Source: Paramecium tetraurelia
Lineage: Eukaryota
Length of the DNA stretch: 64,000 bases
Direction: 5' to 3'
Assembly: GCA_000165425.1 (NCBI GenBank)
Contig: CT868263.1
Span: 186,001 to 250,000, forward strand
Shown here: positions 38,411 to 51,075 of the stretch, in pieces
How positions within the stretch are numbered: position 1 is the first letter of the stretch
Layout: every line of letters begins with the position of its first letter
Made by a program: the position numbers and the translations under genes
The notes under the pieces: generated by a model
Told to the model about the DNA's origin: nothing
Databases searched by the model: none
What the model saw: the letters and a program-made list of their open reading frames with translations, nothing else

Positions 38411-40583
38411 ATGGACAAGGATTAGGAAACAAAAAAGTTACACCTTTAGAGTGAATTATAAAATGTATAATGTAATTCTTCGACTGATGTAAAATTGGAG
38501 GAGATTGATTCATTTTGGAACTACAATCTTAAGTAGAGTGGTTCCGTTAATATAGAGGATTTATTCCAAATCTAAGCAGAGGACAATAGTACTCAGGAAT
38601 AAATAGCTTCAAAACTGAAATAATTCTTGAAACCTCAAATTGAAAATGTAAATGTTAATTTCATGATTAGTTTTTGAAAGTCAATCGTAGAAATGTCAAA
38701 CTAATTAAATATCCAAAGGCTTAGTGGAACTCCAATTTAAGTGTTTAGACCAAAGTGGGCAAATCATTATAACTTTCAGAATAATAGGCCCCATATTCTA
38801 CTCATGAAAATTAAGTTATTGTTCACAATATTGCGCCATAATTAATACATCAATATACAAACTATTTAAAAATAGATCAAAACATAAAAGTAATTATTGT
38901 GTATAATATAGAGACAAGAAACATAAGATCTAAATTTTAAGTACAATTTTACTTCAGAATTGAGAGAAAAATATAAACATGACGTTCTTAAAGTAAATAA
39001 ACAGTTTTGGAGATCTCAAGAAGGAGTGAAAGAAATGATTACCCTTAATAAAAAGTATGCTCTCAATCAAATGGACTTTAGTAAGTTTATTATAATAAAT
39101 TCTAGTTTAAATTTATTCTTAATATTTATATTTAATTGAAAAATAAAATATTTCAAAATTATCTTTGGAAGAAATATATGAATACCTCTAATAATAAATA
39201 ATTAAAAAGAATGTAACCATAGAAATCAATTTAAATTCATTAATTTAGATCTATTTACAATTATAAAATAATTAGTTCTCTGAAATAAAACAAACAATAT
39301 TTTAGAAAATAAATCTAATTCAATAATTTGATTTGACTGCAATATAGAATTTATCTTTTAAATCATTTAGAACAAATGAATATCTTTAAAAAGATTTTGC
39401 ATTTATTTGCAACTCCTGTTCATTGTACAAAAATAAATGTAAATGCAAATTTAATAACCATTTGGCTCAAATAAAAAATTTCTTAGAATTTTGCTGTATC
39501 TTAAATTAAAAACCGAACACAAAAAAACCTTAATGGTGCTTAGATGTGATAAAAGCTAATGCTCAAAACCAATGTGGAGAGAGATGTTACAAAAATAAGA
39601 ACAACTTTGAGTTGTTAAGAAAGAAATCTAATAACAATGAATTAAACGAAGAATTTTAGCCTATTACAATAGATAGAGATCCATGTTTATTGGCTCAAAT
39701 CTATGAGTAGGATTGTATGTCAATTTTCACTTAAGCTAGATATAGATATAAGGAAATTAAAGAATAATATTTATAATCACTTAAATAGATTCAGGAAAAT
39801 CAAGACAAAGCAGCTCTTGTGAATTATCCATTTAATAATGCAAATTTATATATTCCATGTTGTCATCAGTAAGATTTCAAATGTGAAAATTGTAATTGTG
39901 ATCAATTTTGTTCAAAATATTGTGATTGTCAGCAAGATTGGTGTTCAAAAAAGCTAAAAGGATGTGCTTGCAAAGATAGATGTTCAATAGATAGTAAATG
40001 CTCTTGTAGAAGAGACAATGTAGAATGTGATCCATTAGTATGTAAGTGCTGTACTCTCGACTCAAATTTAGTTTGTTCAAACACATAGATTTTAATCAAC
40101 AATGTCAAACCTACCTTATTAGGAAGATCAGGAGTATGCAATGGAATTGGAGTATTTGCAAGGAATTACATAATGAAGGATGAATTAATAATTTTGTACA
40201 TAGGAGAAGTACTAATTGATGATGAAGATGAAATTCGAGATCAATTTGATGATACATTCACATTTTATAACTATTCTTTAAATGATGACAAATATTCTTT
40301 GGAAAGTAGATTCTGTGGAAATGAAAGCAGATTTATTAATCACAACAGCTCAAATTTAATGAATTGCAAAACCAGGCAAATATTTTCATCAGGTATTTAA
40401 TAGTACTAAATTTTAGGAAAATTTTAGTTAGCCATATATGCTCTCAAAGATATCTACCCAGAATAAGAGATACTTTTGAATTATAATGAAGGCGATCAAA
40501 TTAATAGAGACCTGAATAATTGGGTTGATATCAACACTCAGTACTGGAATTATAGGTAAACTACCCTAATTGGAAAAAAATGA
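38411..40583 (+). CDS. EZL: Enhancer-of-zeste-like histone methyltransferase (CXC + SET)
   Basis: CXC: PCCHQQDFKCENCNC...CSKYCDC...KGCACKDRC...CSCRRDNVECDPLVCKCC. SET: GIGVFA, LYIGEVL, GNESRFINH, EILLNY. Exact paralog not determined. Confidence 0.9.
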
Positions 40584-40635
40584 TTTATAATTTTTGTGAT
40601 GATTCAAAGTAATATCTTTATATATAATTATTTTT

Positions 40636-41606
40636 TCATTTCTAGTGATTAAAAGAGAGTTATTCATAGGCGGATAAGTATTTCCTCAAGTGAGTAAGAG
40701 AATTGTTGCATATATAAAGTAACTAGTGTTATAAATATTCAATATATTACTTAATACTTTTGAATTAGGACTTGAATTAATTAAAGAAGACTTTAAGCAA
40801 AGCTTTCCTATTTGAAATGGTAAAGATTGATAATCAAATGTATCATTTCCTCACTTTTTGTTTTTTATTCAAGTAGACTCTGTTCCTTCATATTACAAAA
40901 TTCTATAACTGTTCTTAAGTTAGCTTTCTTTAAGACTTAATAATCATTTTATTCATTAGGGACATAACCATAACAAATATTTTTATTAAGCTAAAATACC
41001 ATCTGTTTTAGATTTGTAAGTTCATCAGAGAAAATGAGTAGAGCATCTTTATAGTATTATTCTAAATTAGATATTTCTACTGTTTACATTAGCTATTTAT
41101 ATCCACATTATAAATTGGACTGGAAAACTCACATTTGTCAACAATATGATATTGATATTGAATTTAAGAGTCATCAACATTAATAAGAAATTTCTACTAT
41201 GATATTCCATCCTTAATTTTCATTTGAACTCTTCTCTAAAATTGACCCATCGAAGTTTAGGATCCAGCAATATAGATTTAGAAATTCTTTGGATTTAGAC
41301 ATTGAAAACATATTCTCCTGTGGTTCCAGACATCAATTGAATGTTTATTAGTTACTCTGTTGGGACCTGACTCCCAGTGTATATTTTCAACCTTATCATA
41401 CTGAGAAATAAAATATTTATATTCCAGACTATGATAAGCTACCTCTGTTACCCAAATATCATTCTAATATCAATATTAATCTATACCTAAGTCCAAGTCA
41501 TTCGAATTGCTTGCTCAGGATTCCATTGTCCTAAATATTTTGATTTCCCTGAAATATATAAAGCTTATTCAAATTCAACTTTGTAATGGATTTATAATTG
41601 GATCAT
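40636..41606 (-). CDS. tandem CBM20 + degenerate dual-specificity phosphatase domain (laforin-like pseudophosphatase)
   Basis: CBM20 ALYISGKSKYLGQWNPEQAIRMTWT..NDIW...LEYKYFI...WESGPNR, a second degenerate CBM20, then NICYGYVP...LKKANLRTVIEF...LLYICNNSLTHLRKYLSAY. Confidence 0.75.
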
Positions 41607-42859
41607 TTTAACTATTTAATAATAATTTTCAAAGGATTTATTTTATGTTGGTTAAGATGCTCATATTAATAAAGGAAATTTTTACGAAAATGATATAATA
41701 TGTATAAAAAATAAAATTATTATAAAAATACTCTAATATCTAATAAAAATGTATGATCTTCATAGATATTTACATATGTAGTATAGGATTGAAAATAGAG
41801 TAATAAGCCATCGGAAATTTATATATATTTAATCAGTTTAATTATTCACGATTACTGAATATCTCACCTTATTCATGTTATTTTTATTCATTATTATTAT
41901 ATTTAGATAAAAATATATCTATTAATTTTTGTAATAAAGAATAAATATATAAAATTGTTTTTTTTCATTCCTAGAGCTTCTTTCGGTATTTAATTCGGTT
42001 AATAAGTAACCATACCATTTAATATATATAAGACAGTTAATTATAGACATTAATATGACACACATAAGGCAGCAACATCTTTTTGAATAGAGCAGCTCTT
42101 TATTTATGTTTTGCTCTGAAATATATACTTTTGGTCTAACATTTCTTATTATGTAATAAGACATCTTTTAATAAGTAAAACATTCCATCATTTAATAAAA
42201 GTTGCCAATAATAATATTTAATACTCAGCTTGTCTTCTAGTTTCTCGATAAGATGAACTTATTCAAGAGATTAAATAAGTTGTAATTTTTTAATCGTTAA
42301 GTTTATAGGAATTCATTTATATTTGGTCTATTCCTCATAATAATGCTTCTATAAATTTTTCAAAACTTACTCACTTTTCCCTTTGAAGTATGATGGTTTA
42401 ATATGATACTCCATTAATTCAAAATGAGAATTCGAATGGAAATCTACAAGAAAAAAGGATAAGAGCGTATAACTCAAAGTAATATTATCGTATGACACTC
42501 TTAAAGTTCAATTAAGAATGGATCAATTTTAAAATAATTCTATAGATAATTTTAAACTTATAATCATTATCATTATTTGCATTATTGTTACACACAAGTT
42601 GAGAATCTATTGATTTATCCACTTGTTTTATAAACCTAACAATGATAATATTTAAATGTTACAATTTGAAAAATTTAAGAACAATTATAGAATCACCATT
42701 TATTCAAATTTTTCTAAAAATAGATAGTCTTCTGCTAATTGTGTTCCGATATAGGAAAAGCTCGAAAGAGATTCGGTTGGATGACTTGTACTTAATACCT
42801 TATGTAATTATTATGAAAGAATTATATGATGTTCTTAAAATTTAAAAAGGGATTATTGG

Positions 42860-43200
42860 ATGGACAATAATAAGAATTTTGATTATCAAAGTTACCTGTA
42901 AGTATGGTATAAATTATCTCGTTATTATAATCATTAATAATAATAAAAAACTAATATGGATAATAGATTAAGACAACAATCAGCCATGACATATTTAGAA
43001 TACTTAACCTATCATAATAAGGAGCCAGATTCTCCTCGAATTTAGTAATAACATTTTTAAAAGGAATAGTCCAAAGGAAAGTCCAGTAGAGCCATTATCA
43101 GATCTAGAATTGAGTCCTATTTAGGAGAAATAGAGGAAAAAGTTAGTTGTATCGAGTTGTAAAGTTATCAAAATATGTTCTAAACTTTGATTATCAAATT
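42860..43200 (+). CDS. possible small hypothetical protein (structure uncertain)
   Basis: MDNNKNFDYQSYLQVWYKLSRYY..., with a downstream SPKESPVEPLSDLELSPI patch in another frame. May be a pseudogene. Confidence 0.3.
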
Positions 43201-43295
43201 TATATAGTTAAATAAGGTCAACAAAAAATGAATATTTTAAGATATAAAATATAAAAAATATTTGTGCTTAATAATAAGAAATTTAATTTTATTTC

Positions 43296-44422
43296 TCAAA
43301 CTTAGATGTTGGTAAAGTCAGCACTTTCAACAACTGATAAGGCTTATTCACTGACGCCTAACTCTCTTGTGAATTCGTTCTTCAAGTTAGTGTAAATATC
43401 TGTTTCTTCAGCATAGGTGTTGTTTTCTAACTCAAGTTCTGCAATATATTGTTTTCTATCAGCTTCTCTTTAGTCTCTGAATTCACTTAATTGATCGATC
43501 TTTTCTAGTTTGATTAATTTTGATTTAATTACCATTTGTAGCAGTCAAGTCGACATTGAGTCTATTGATTTGTCTTTAGAATTCAGCAAATTCAGTATCC
43601 AATTAGGACAAATATTCTTCGTGTTCAGCTTAAGCATCAGCTTCGGCAGCTGTTTAAGCATTAATTGAATCAACAATAGCATTTCTGAATTCATTAAGAG
43701 CATTAACAATTTGACTAATGATTCCTTAATCTGAGAAGTTTTAATTGGAAGCTAAGGTGATAAGGGCTTTGATCATGGGAGCCATCTTGGATCTAGATTT
43801 GATTTTGGATTCAATATTTTTCAATGAATTTTAAAATCTCTTGATTTGGAGGAGTGATGGATTTGTAAGGGATGAAAGAAGGGCAAGGGCATCATCAACA
43901 GCGGCTGTGGCATCATTTAATTCTGCAACTTAAAATTCAAAATCTTCGTGCTCTTATTCTCTAGTAAGAACAGCTTCTTCGTATTTTTTTCTATTGGCTT
44001 CCTAATATTCTTGAATTTATTCGATTCTGACTTCAAGTTATTCTTTTCTTGGGAAAAGTAAGTTATCCAAGGTATCTTATGTGTTGTTAACATCTAAATT
44101 ATTATTTTATTATCTTACCAATGACAGCATCCTAAATATCTTATTCAAATCCAATCACAAGTGAATTGTGTTGGTTTGTTCTTTATTAGAAATTAAATTC
44201 TAATTCTTCTAATTCTTCTTCTAGGTCATTAATAAGCTCTTCAATAGCATCAATCAATTCTTGTACTGGTCCTCCAGCCATTGAGTGAAGTTCAACTAAA
44301 TGAAGTAGTGCATTTCCATAAGTGCTTTTTTTCAAATCAGTTGTGATTTTTGCGAAATTCTTTTACTAAACTCTAGCAGTGAATGCAATAGTGATCAAGG
44401 CAATAAGCAACACTGTTTTCAT
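43296..44422 (-). CDS. TMP: trichocyst matrix protein precursor (T1-related TMP)
   Basis: Signal peptide. KSTYGNALLHLVELHSMAGGPVQELIDAIEELINDL, central basic linker PSLLQIKRFQ, second mature part NFSDQGIISQIV. Two introns. Confidence 0.92.
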
Positions 44423-44737
44423 TAAAAATAATTATGAAAAAATTTGAGAGAAAAAAAATGTAAAAACAAAAACGACTAGCATATTTTTAATTTATTATCA
44501 ATTTAATCATTTTCGAAAATGCTTCAAAAACTAAAATCAATTAAGTTCCAAAAATTAAATAAATAGCAACTATTGTAAGACACACAAAATTCATATTAGG
44601 GATCTAATATTATTGAATTATTGTTTATCTAAACTAGCAAAAACTAAACTTTATATTATATATCATAAAGTTATTTGCATAGAATATATTATTATCGTAA
44701 AATTATCATCTTATAATATATCTTGAATGTGATCTAT

Positions 44738-45285
44738 TCATTTTTAAAAAGTAATAATTTTATAAAAGTCTTCGAAATTCACCATATCATCCTTATCAAA
44801 GTCAGCTCGTTTTAACATTTCATTCAATTCGTTTTCATCAATATTTTCACCAACTTCCCTACAAATTTGCTTCAGAGATTCCAATTCTAAACACCCTTTT
44901 TCATTTGGCTTAAGAAGATCAAATACTTCCTTCAAATTGTCCTTAGATTTGATATCTGATAATCGAACTGTCATTAGATCTAAAAATTCATCAAAATCTA
45001 TTCTTCCATCTTTTTTGTTTGTCTATGCAATCTCAATTAAATTGTTTAGCAATTATTCATCTGTTGCAAATCCCAATGAAGCCATCACTGTCTTTAATTC
45101 TCTTGGATCTATTTCTCCCCCACTTTAAATTTTTAGTATAAAATATACCCATCTTCATCAAATATGTCAAAGGCCTCCTTGATTTCTTTGATTTCTTCCT
45201 CTGTGAATCCAGGCCTCTCATATGACTTGATGTTAAATTTAATGGGTCCAGGAGCAAGACCAACGAAGGATTTCTTTGGTTACAT
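44738..45285 (-). CDS. centrin (infraciliary-lattice ICL-type EF-hand protein)
   Basis: [40 protein letters not shown]...ELNEMLKRADFDKDDMVNFEDFY. One intron. Confidence 0.92.
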
Positions 45286-45296
45286 TAATTTATAAA

Positions 45297-47895
45297 ATGA
45301 AATAAAGGCCTTTATTTCTTAATGTTGACCTGTCTCCTTAACCAAATAAAACTCCAAACAAATCACCAATATAAAGAACAAAAACGCCACTAAAAGAAAC
45401 TTAAAAATCGTAAACGAGATTCCATTCTCCAATTGATACTTAGCCTACCCGTTAAACATCAACAATCATCACTGTATTTATACAACGTTACTTTTTGGCA
45501 ATAGGAACTAATATCCAAGAGAAGTGGAGCAACTGGTAGATCTTAAACATAAACAGCTGCTGAACAGGAAATTCCAGTTAAATAAACTACTGATTTCTAG
45601 ACCATCTACCAACGTAGTTTAAAAGCTAACTATGTTCCTAAAATATCTCACATCAATGCTCAAACACCTCCAAAATAATAGAGTGTTCCTAGTCCAGCCA
45701 CTCCCCTAAACCATTAATTCATTTCATAGAATATAGAGAAAACACTGCCCATTCATGCCAACATTGTTAATAAGCAAAAAGAGAAAGTGCAAATTTACAT
45801 AAGGATTAAGCCAAACCTCACAAACGAGAAGTCCGTCGTCAAGAAGCTATCTAATCAGCATCTAGCAGTCCATACATTCGAGGATACAAACCGACAGTTT
45901 GAATTCGATACTATTCTAGATAATTCCTCATAAGAGGAAGTGTATAACCTAACCAGTAAGTAAATTGTATCAGATTGTATTGCCGGAAAGGCAAATGGAG
46001 TAGTAATTGTCTATGGATAAACAGGATCTGGTAAGACTCACACTATGGGACTTCTTGAATAATCAAAAGGAGTTATCCAATTGGCTATGTCTGACATATT
46101 TCAGCAGATTAAGGAGCAGAATGAAAATGGCAGCAATTTTAAAATCGAAATGAGTTTCATTCAGATATACATGGATAAAATATATGATCTATTAAACAAC
46201 AATGGGTAATAGTTGTAGATAAGAGAATCCAAAGATTCCATTCCATATATACAGGGAGCTGTCTAAATTTCGATTGAAGATCAAAATGATGGAGTACAAT
46301 TAGTCTCATTTGGGATCAAAAACAGAGTAGTAGCATCTCAAGTCATGAATGTCAATTCTTCAAGATCACACACACTTTTGACAATTTATATAAAAAAGTA
46401 AGTTTAAGATAAAGTTATCTGTTCCAAAGTTGCCTTTATTGATCTAGCTGGTAGTGAAAGAAATAAAAAATCATTATCCAAAGGCTTAAGACTCGATGAA
46501 GCCACTTATATAAATGAATCTTTGTCAGCCTTAGGAAATGTTATTGCAGCTTTGGGATAACCTAATTAATAGCATGTTCCATATAGGGAATCAAAATTAA
46601 CCAGAACACTTCAGGGATATTTAACAGGAGAATCGCAGATTTCCCTTATATGCACGATAACAAAATTAGCAGATAGTACTAATGAAACCCTTTAAACACT
46701 GATGTTTGCATAAAGGTGTAAGGATGTGGTATTGAGACCATAAAAAATAATACCAATATAGGATGAAGAAACAATGGACAATGGAGATCTATTAAAATAG
46801 ATAGCTGAGTTAAAAGAAACGATTAAAGATATGCAAGAATAATAGCAAAAATAATAAATATCATAATAAAATTAGCTATCAAAATAATAGGACAAAGATT
46901 TCCTAAAATTTCTTATCAATATCATTCTGAAACTCAAATAGTACACTTTCAGTAACATATCCAGTTGCCAGCTCTAAGAAAAGTAGGCTTTAGCAGAAAA
47001 ATTCTTACAGGATAGCACATATTATTAAACCATATAATTCCCAAAAGAAATTTAAGTCATGATGATGGAATAAATATAATCATAAGAGATCGATTAATAA
47101 AAAGTGGAATAATGTCTGGATGGCAATAAAGAGCAAATTAAAGATCTTGCTAAGAGCTTTACCTAAGATATTCATTATTTAGTCTAGGCATTCAAACAAT
47201 ATTCAGATATGCGTTATAATTATATTATTGAGAAAATACTTGAATAATATAGACAAAAGGAAATTTAAGTTTGGGCTAAAGGTTTGGCTTATTTATTAAT
47301 AACTGTAAAATAACTTTTAAATTAATTATATGAGATCAAGCAATTTGATATAGCCTCAGACATCTATTTGGAAGGAATTAAATAATAATTATATCACTTA
47401 ATCAATGATAAAGGAACTATGTATAAATCCCCATAGAAGATTTGTGACCTGATAGAGAAATTCTATAGCTCTGAAACCGATTTTAGTTTTAATCAAATGA
47501 AAAAATTCTCAAGTAGTCTAAACATTCCATCATAAACTATGTCTGACAAATATAAGTAAAAGATAGAAAAATTGATTGGCACTTATGGCTAAGGAGTTAA
47601 GGTTGTCAAACCAACTGAACCTCCTCCAATATATCATTCCCCTTCTGTCAATGTTTCCACACTAATTCAAAGTCGAAAATTCTAATAAAATCCATTTAAT
47701 GATATATCTTCTTTGACTGAATAATAGGCTGCTTCATCTGTTGAAGAATCAAATTTAAGAGAAGAAGTACATGTGATACCCAATAATGAAAGCCTACTTT
47801 AAGGAAAATTGAGATTCAAAGAGGATGAATTACTGATTTATTCCAGAAATCAAATGGCAGCGCAAATGGCAGCAAGAAAAAAATAGTTAAAATGA
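45297..47895 (+). CDS. kinesin motor protein
   Basis: YIRIKP, P-loop [36 protein letters not shown] 31-nt intron at 45474-45504 restores frame from ATG 45297. Confidence 0.95.
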
Positions 47896-48342
47896 CTTAT
47901 ACTTTTTCCTAGCTAATTTAAAATAATTTAATATTATTTATATATATTCCATAAGTCTTTCCCAATGATTACTCTTAATCATCTACACTAATAACTTTTA
48001 TTGATTTATAAACCATCTTTTAAAGTAAATTTATATAATTATTAATATATTCTCTTAATTAAAATAAGAAAATACAAGAAGGAATAAATAAAATAGAGTC
48101 ATTATTTAAATTTCATTGATAGTTTATTGATTAATATAAGAGTCTAATTAAGTATTAATTGCATATATTTTTATCTAAAAATAATAAAAGAAAAATCTTA
48201 GAAGGTAAAGCTCTTCAAGGGTTACCCCAAAGAGAATATAATATTTGAACTCCACAATTTTATGAAATAGTGAGAGTTGTGAATACTTAATATGAATAAT
48301 TCAGAGAATGAAAAATGATAACAAAAAATCTATTAAATACAT

Positions 48343-49330
48343 TCATTGTCTCTGATAAAATAATACATAAGAGTTCTACGATTTTTATAATTCATCATCT
48401 ACCACTTTATTTGAGTATTCCGAAACTCTTTAATCATTAAAGTTATACCAGCAGTCTTTTCCCTTAATCAAACTAAGATGTTTATTTAATTAATTTACCA
48501 TGTATAGTGTCCACTATAAATACTGTATCCTTGATGGTTGATAACTGCATACAATTTATACTAAGGACTCTAATCACAAAATCCTTTAAGAATAAGATTT
48601 TATTCAATCTCAATAGCATTGTTAGATCTGGTTTGCCTTGAATCATATCTTTTTAACTAAATTACTAACACTAAAGGGGCAGAACTCAAGTTAGATCGTC
48701 TTATTAAGGGACTTGTCTTTTGACATTTTTTGCATTTCTCTTAAGAGTTTAATTATTCTGGTTTGAAATATTCAGAGAGTAATTGACTCAGTCTACATGA
48801 TTGCCCAATGTAGATGGATAAATTGATAAATTGTTCAATTTATTTGCTGGAGTTATTGCAATTTTAGCAATTTATTTAATAAGTCAATTAACCATAGAAT
48901 GGTTAAGAGAGAAAGCCTGTATTTACAATGTCCAAAAAAACATGGAAGAATTCAATGCAATCTTATTGATTAAAATTATCAAATTCTCTGTGTTAATTCA
49001 TCAATTTTTTAAATTGGATTATGTCATTATGTTCAGGTTCTATTCCTGCTTAAATGCTAAACCATATTTTATAAAATTGTTTAAACAACTCAGTGCTGTT
49101 TTTATTGTCTTTGTACTACTTCATAGCTGTACTAATGGCAGGAGTATTGAATAAACATTGCAACATAGAGTTTCTAGGATGCTTATTGTTCTTGCATACA
49201 TGTAACAAGTATTGCCGATATTTTCAATCCCAATCCGTATTGGATCTACATCCTAAGCCTTTTAACTCATCTGCTCTTTATTTCTTGTGACAACTCCACT
49301 TCCATAGGCTGAATTAGTTGTTCTGTACAT
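48343..49330 (-). CDS. ubiquitin carboxyl-terminal hydrolase (USP, peptidase C19)
   Basis: Cys box GIENIGNTCYINSMLQCL, His box NHQGYSIYSGHYT, WYNFND, SYVLFYQR. Confidence 0.92.
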
Positions 49331-49608
49331 GTTTTAATTAAAATAAATTAATTAAAACTTGTCTTTCTTCAGAATAGGGAGTTTTATTTCAAACTTAATT
49401 TAGATTTTAGCAAAATCTCAAAATTACCTAGATGAAAAAGTAAATTTAAGAGTGAATATGTTAAGTTGTATTTTACTTATACCCAAAACGAAGAATCAAT
49501 GCAAAAGAGAGCATTCCTAAAAATTATAATTTTACAATTAAGAGAAATTAAAATATTATTAATAGAGATTATAGAAATTTGTAATTTATTTATAAATAAT
49601 AATATGAA

Positions 49609-50908
49609 TCAAAGTTAACGCATTCTGATATTAGTTCTTCTCTTTTCTATAGGCGAATTACTTGAATTAAGTGGGCTAATATGCTTATAGAATATTACGG
49701 TAATTTATTTAATGACCCTCTTTTAGCCATTTGAGCAAGTTGCATAGAATTAGAATGCTGTAACTATTTTGTTTGCGATTATCTTTGTTAAGTAATTCTA
49801 AATGGAGATTATTTCTTTAATGGACTGGCAACATTTGTCTCAAAAAAGAGTTGACTCGTTGACCTGGCTTGTTTAATCCTCGATGTTGATTTTCTTTGGG
49901 TGGGATCTTAATTCTGTTGTCTAACAGTAATCTCTTATTAGGAGCCTTGTTCATTTAAGGGGATAATTAATCTGATGGCTTTAACAAAGGAAGTGCAATA
50001 TTTAATGAATGTGAGAGCATTTATCAAGCAAATTAACTTCTATTTATTCTAGAAGATAGTCATTCTGTCATGAATGGTGATGGGTTGCCCTAGATCTCCT
50101 TCTCCAGTAATCCAAGGATGCATTAGGGCTTGTTCAGCTGACATTCTGGCTTCAGGGTTGATTGCTGCACATTTTCTGAAAAAGTTCTATGCTGACTTGT
50201 CCATGATGGTGAAGTTGACATTGTATTATTATATGCTCTCTATGAGATTCTCGTAATTAAATGGATGTTTCCTCTCATAGAGGAGATATTGGATGACTCC
50301 AATACTCCACATGTCTACACTCTTCAGATATGGCATTTTTAATATCATCTCTGGAGCCATGAAGAGGAGGGTTCCACATTTGTCGTATGAGATCTTGGAT
50401 TCGGATTATTGAGACAAGCCAAAATCTATTAGTCTCACTCTGCCATCAAGTCCAACCAAGATGTTATCTATAAATTATAATCCTGATTACCAGGCTTGAT
50501 ATCTCTGTGAGTAATGTCTTTATTGTGTAAATACGTTAAGACAATCAACAATTATTTTATTATACTTTTGATCTTCTATTCACTCAAATTGGATTTGCTC
50601 AATTCAGTCAAATTTGAACCTTCTACATAATCCATTATGATGTATAATTTGTCAAATGTTTCATAGCTCTGTGATAATGATTAATCTATATACCGCGATA
50701 TACTTCACTAGATTAGGATGTTGCAGTTACTCCAGAATTTCTACTTCGCGATTGAACAATTCACAATAACTGGGAACTGATTTGTCCAACACCTAACTTA
50801 CTTCTCCACAGTTACCTTGATTGCAACTTACCTACTCTTGTACGTGCCCAAGTAGACTTAACTAAATGCTCCATTCCCAATCTTTTGCAATATATTGAGC
50901 TCATTCAT
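49609..50908 (-). CDS. Ser/Thr protein kinase (CAMK-like)
   Basis: IGNGAFSQVY, VAIK, HRDIKP, LIDFGLS, GTLLFMAPE, DMWSIG. Several tiny introns. Confidence 0.92.
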
Positions 50909-51075
50909 TATTTTTATTTTAGGAAAATCTCTTATTTATTAATATAATCATATATATATTAATTAATAGTCAAAATGGCAATAGTTTTTTTTAATGTCAC
51001 TCTATTTATTATCCCATATCCCATGTCTGATCAATATTATACCAATAATAATTAATAATAAAATTAAATAATAGA

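Noticed and set aside
50960..51050. Short spacer with CTGA and moderate GC, possible snoRNA or small ORF
   Set aside because: No box C (RTGATGA), no terminal stem and no convincing ORF.
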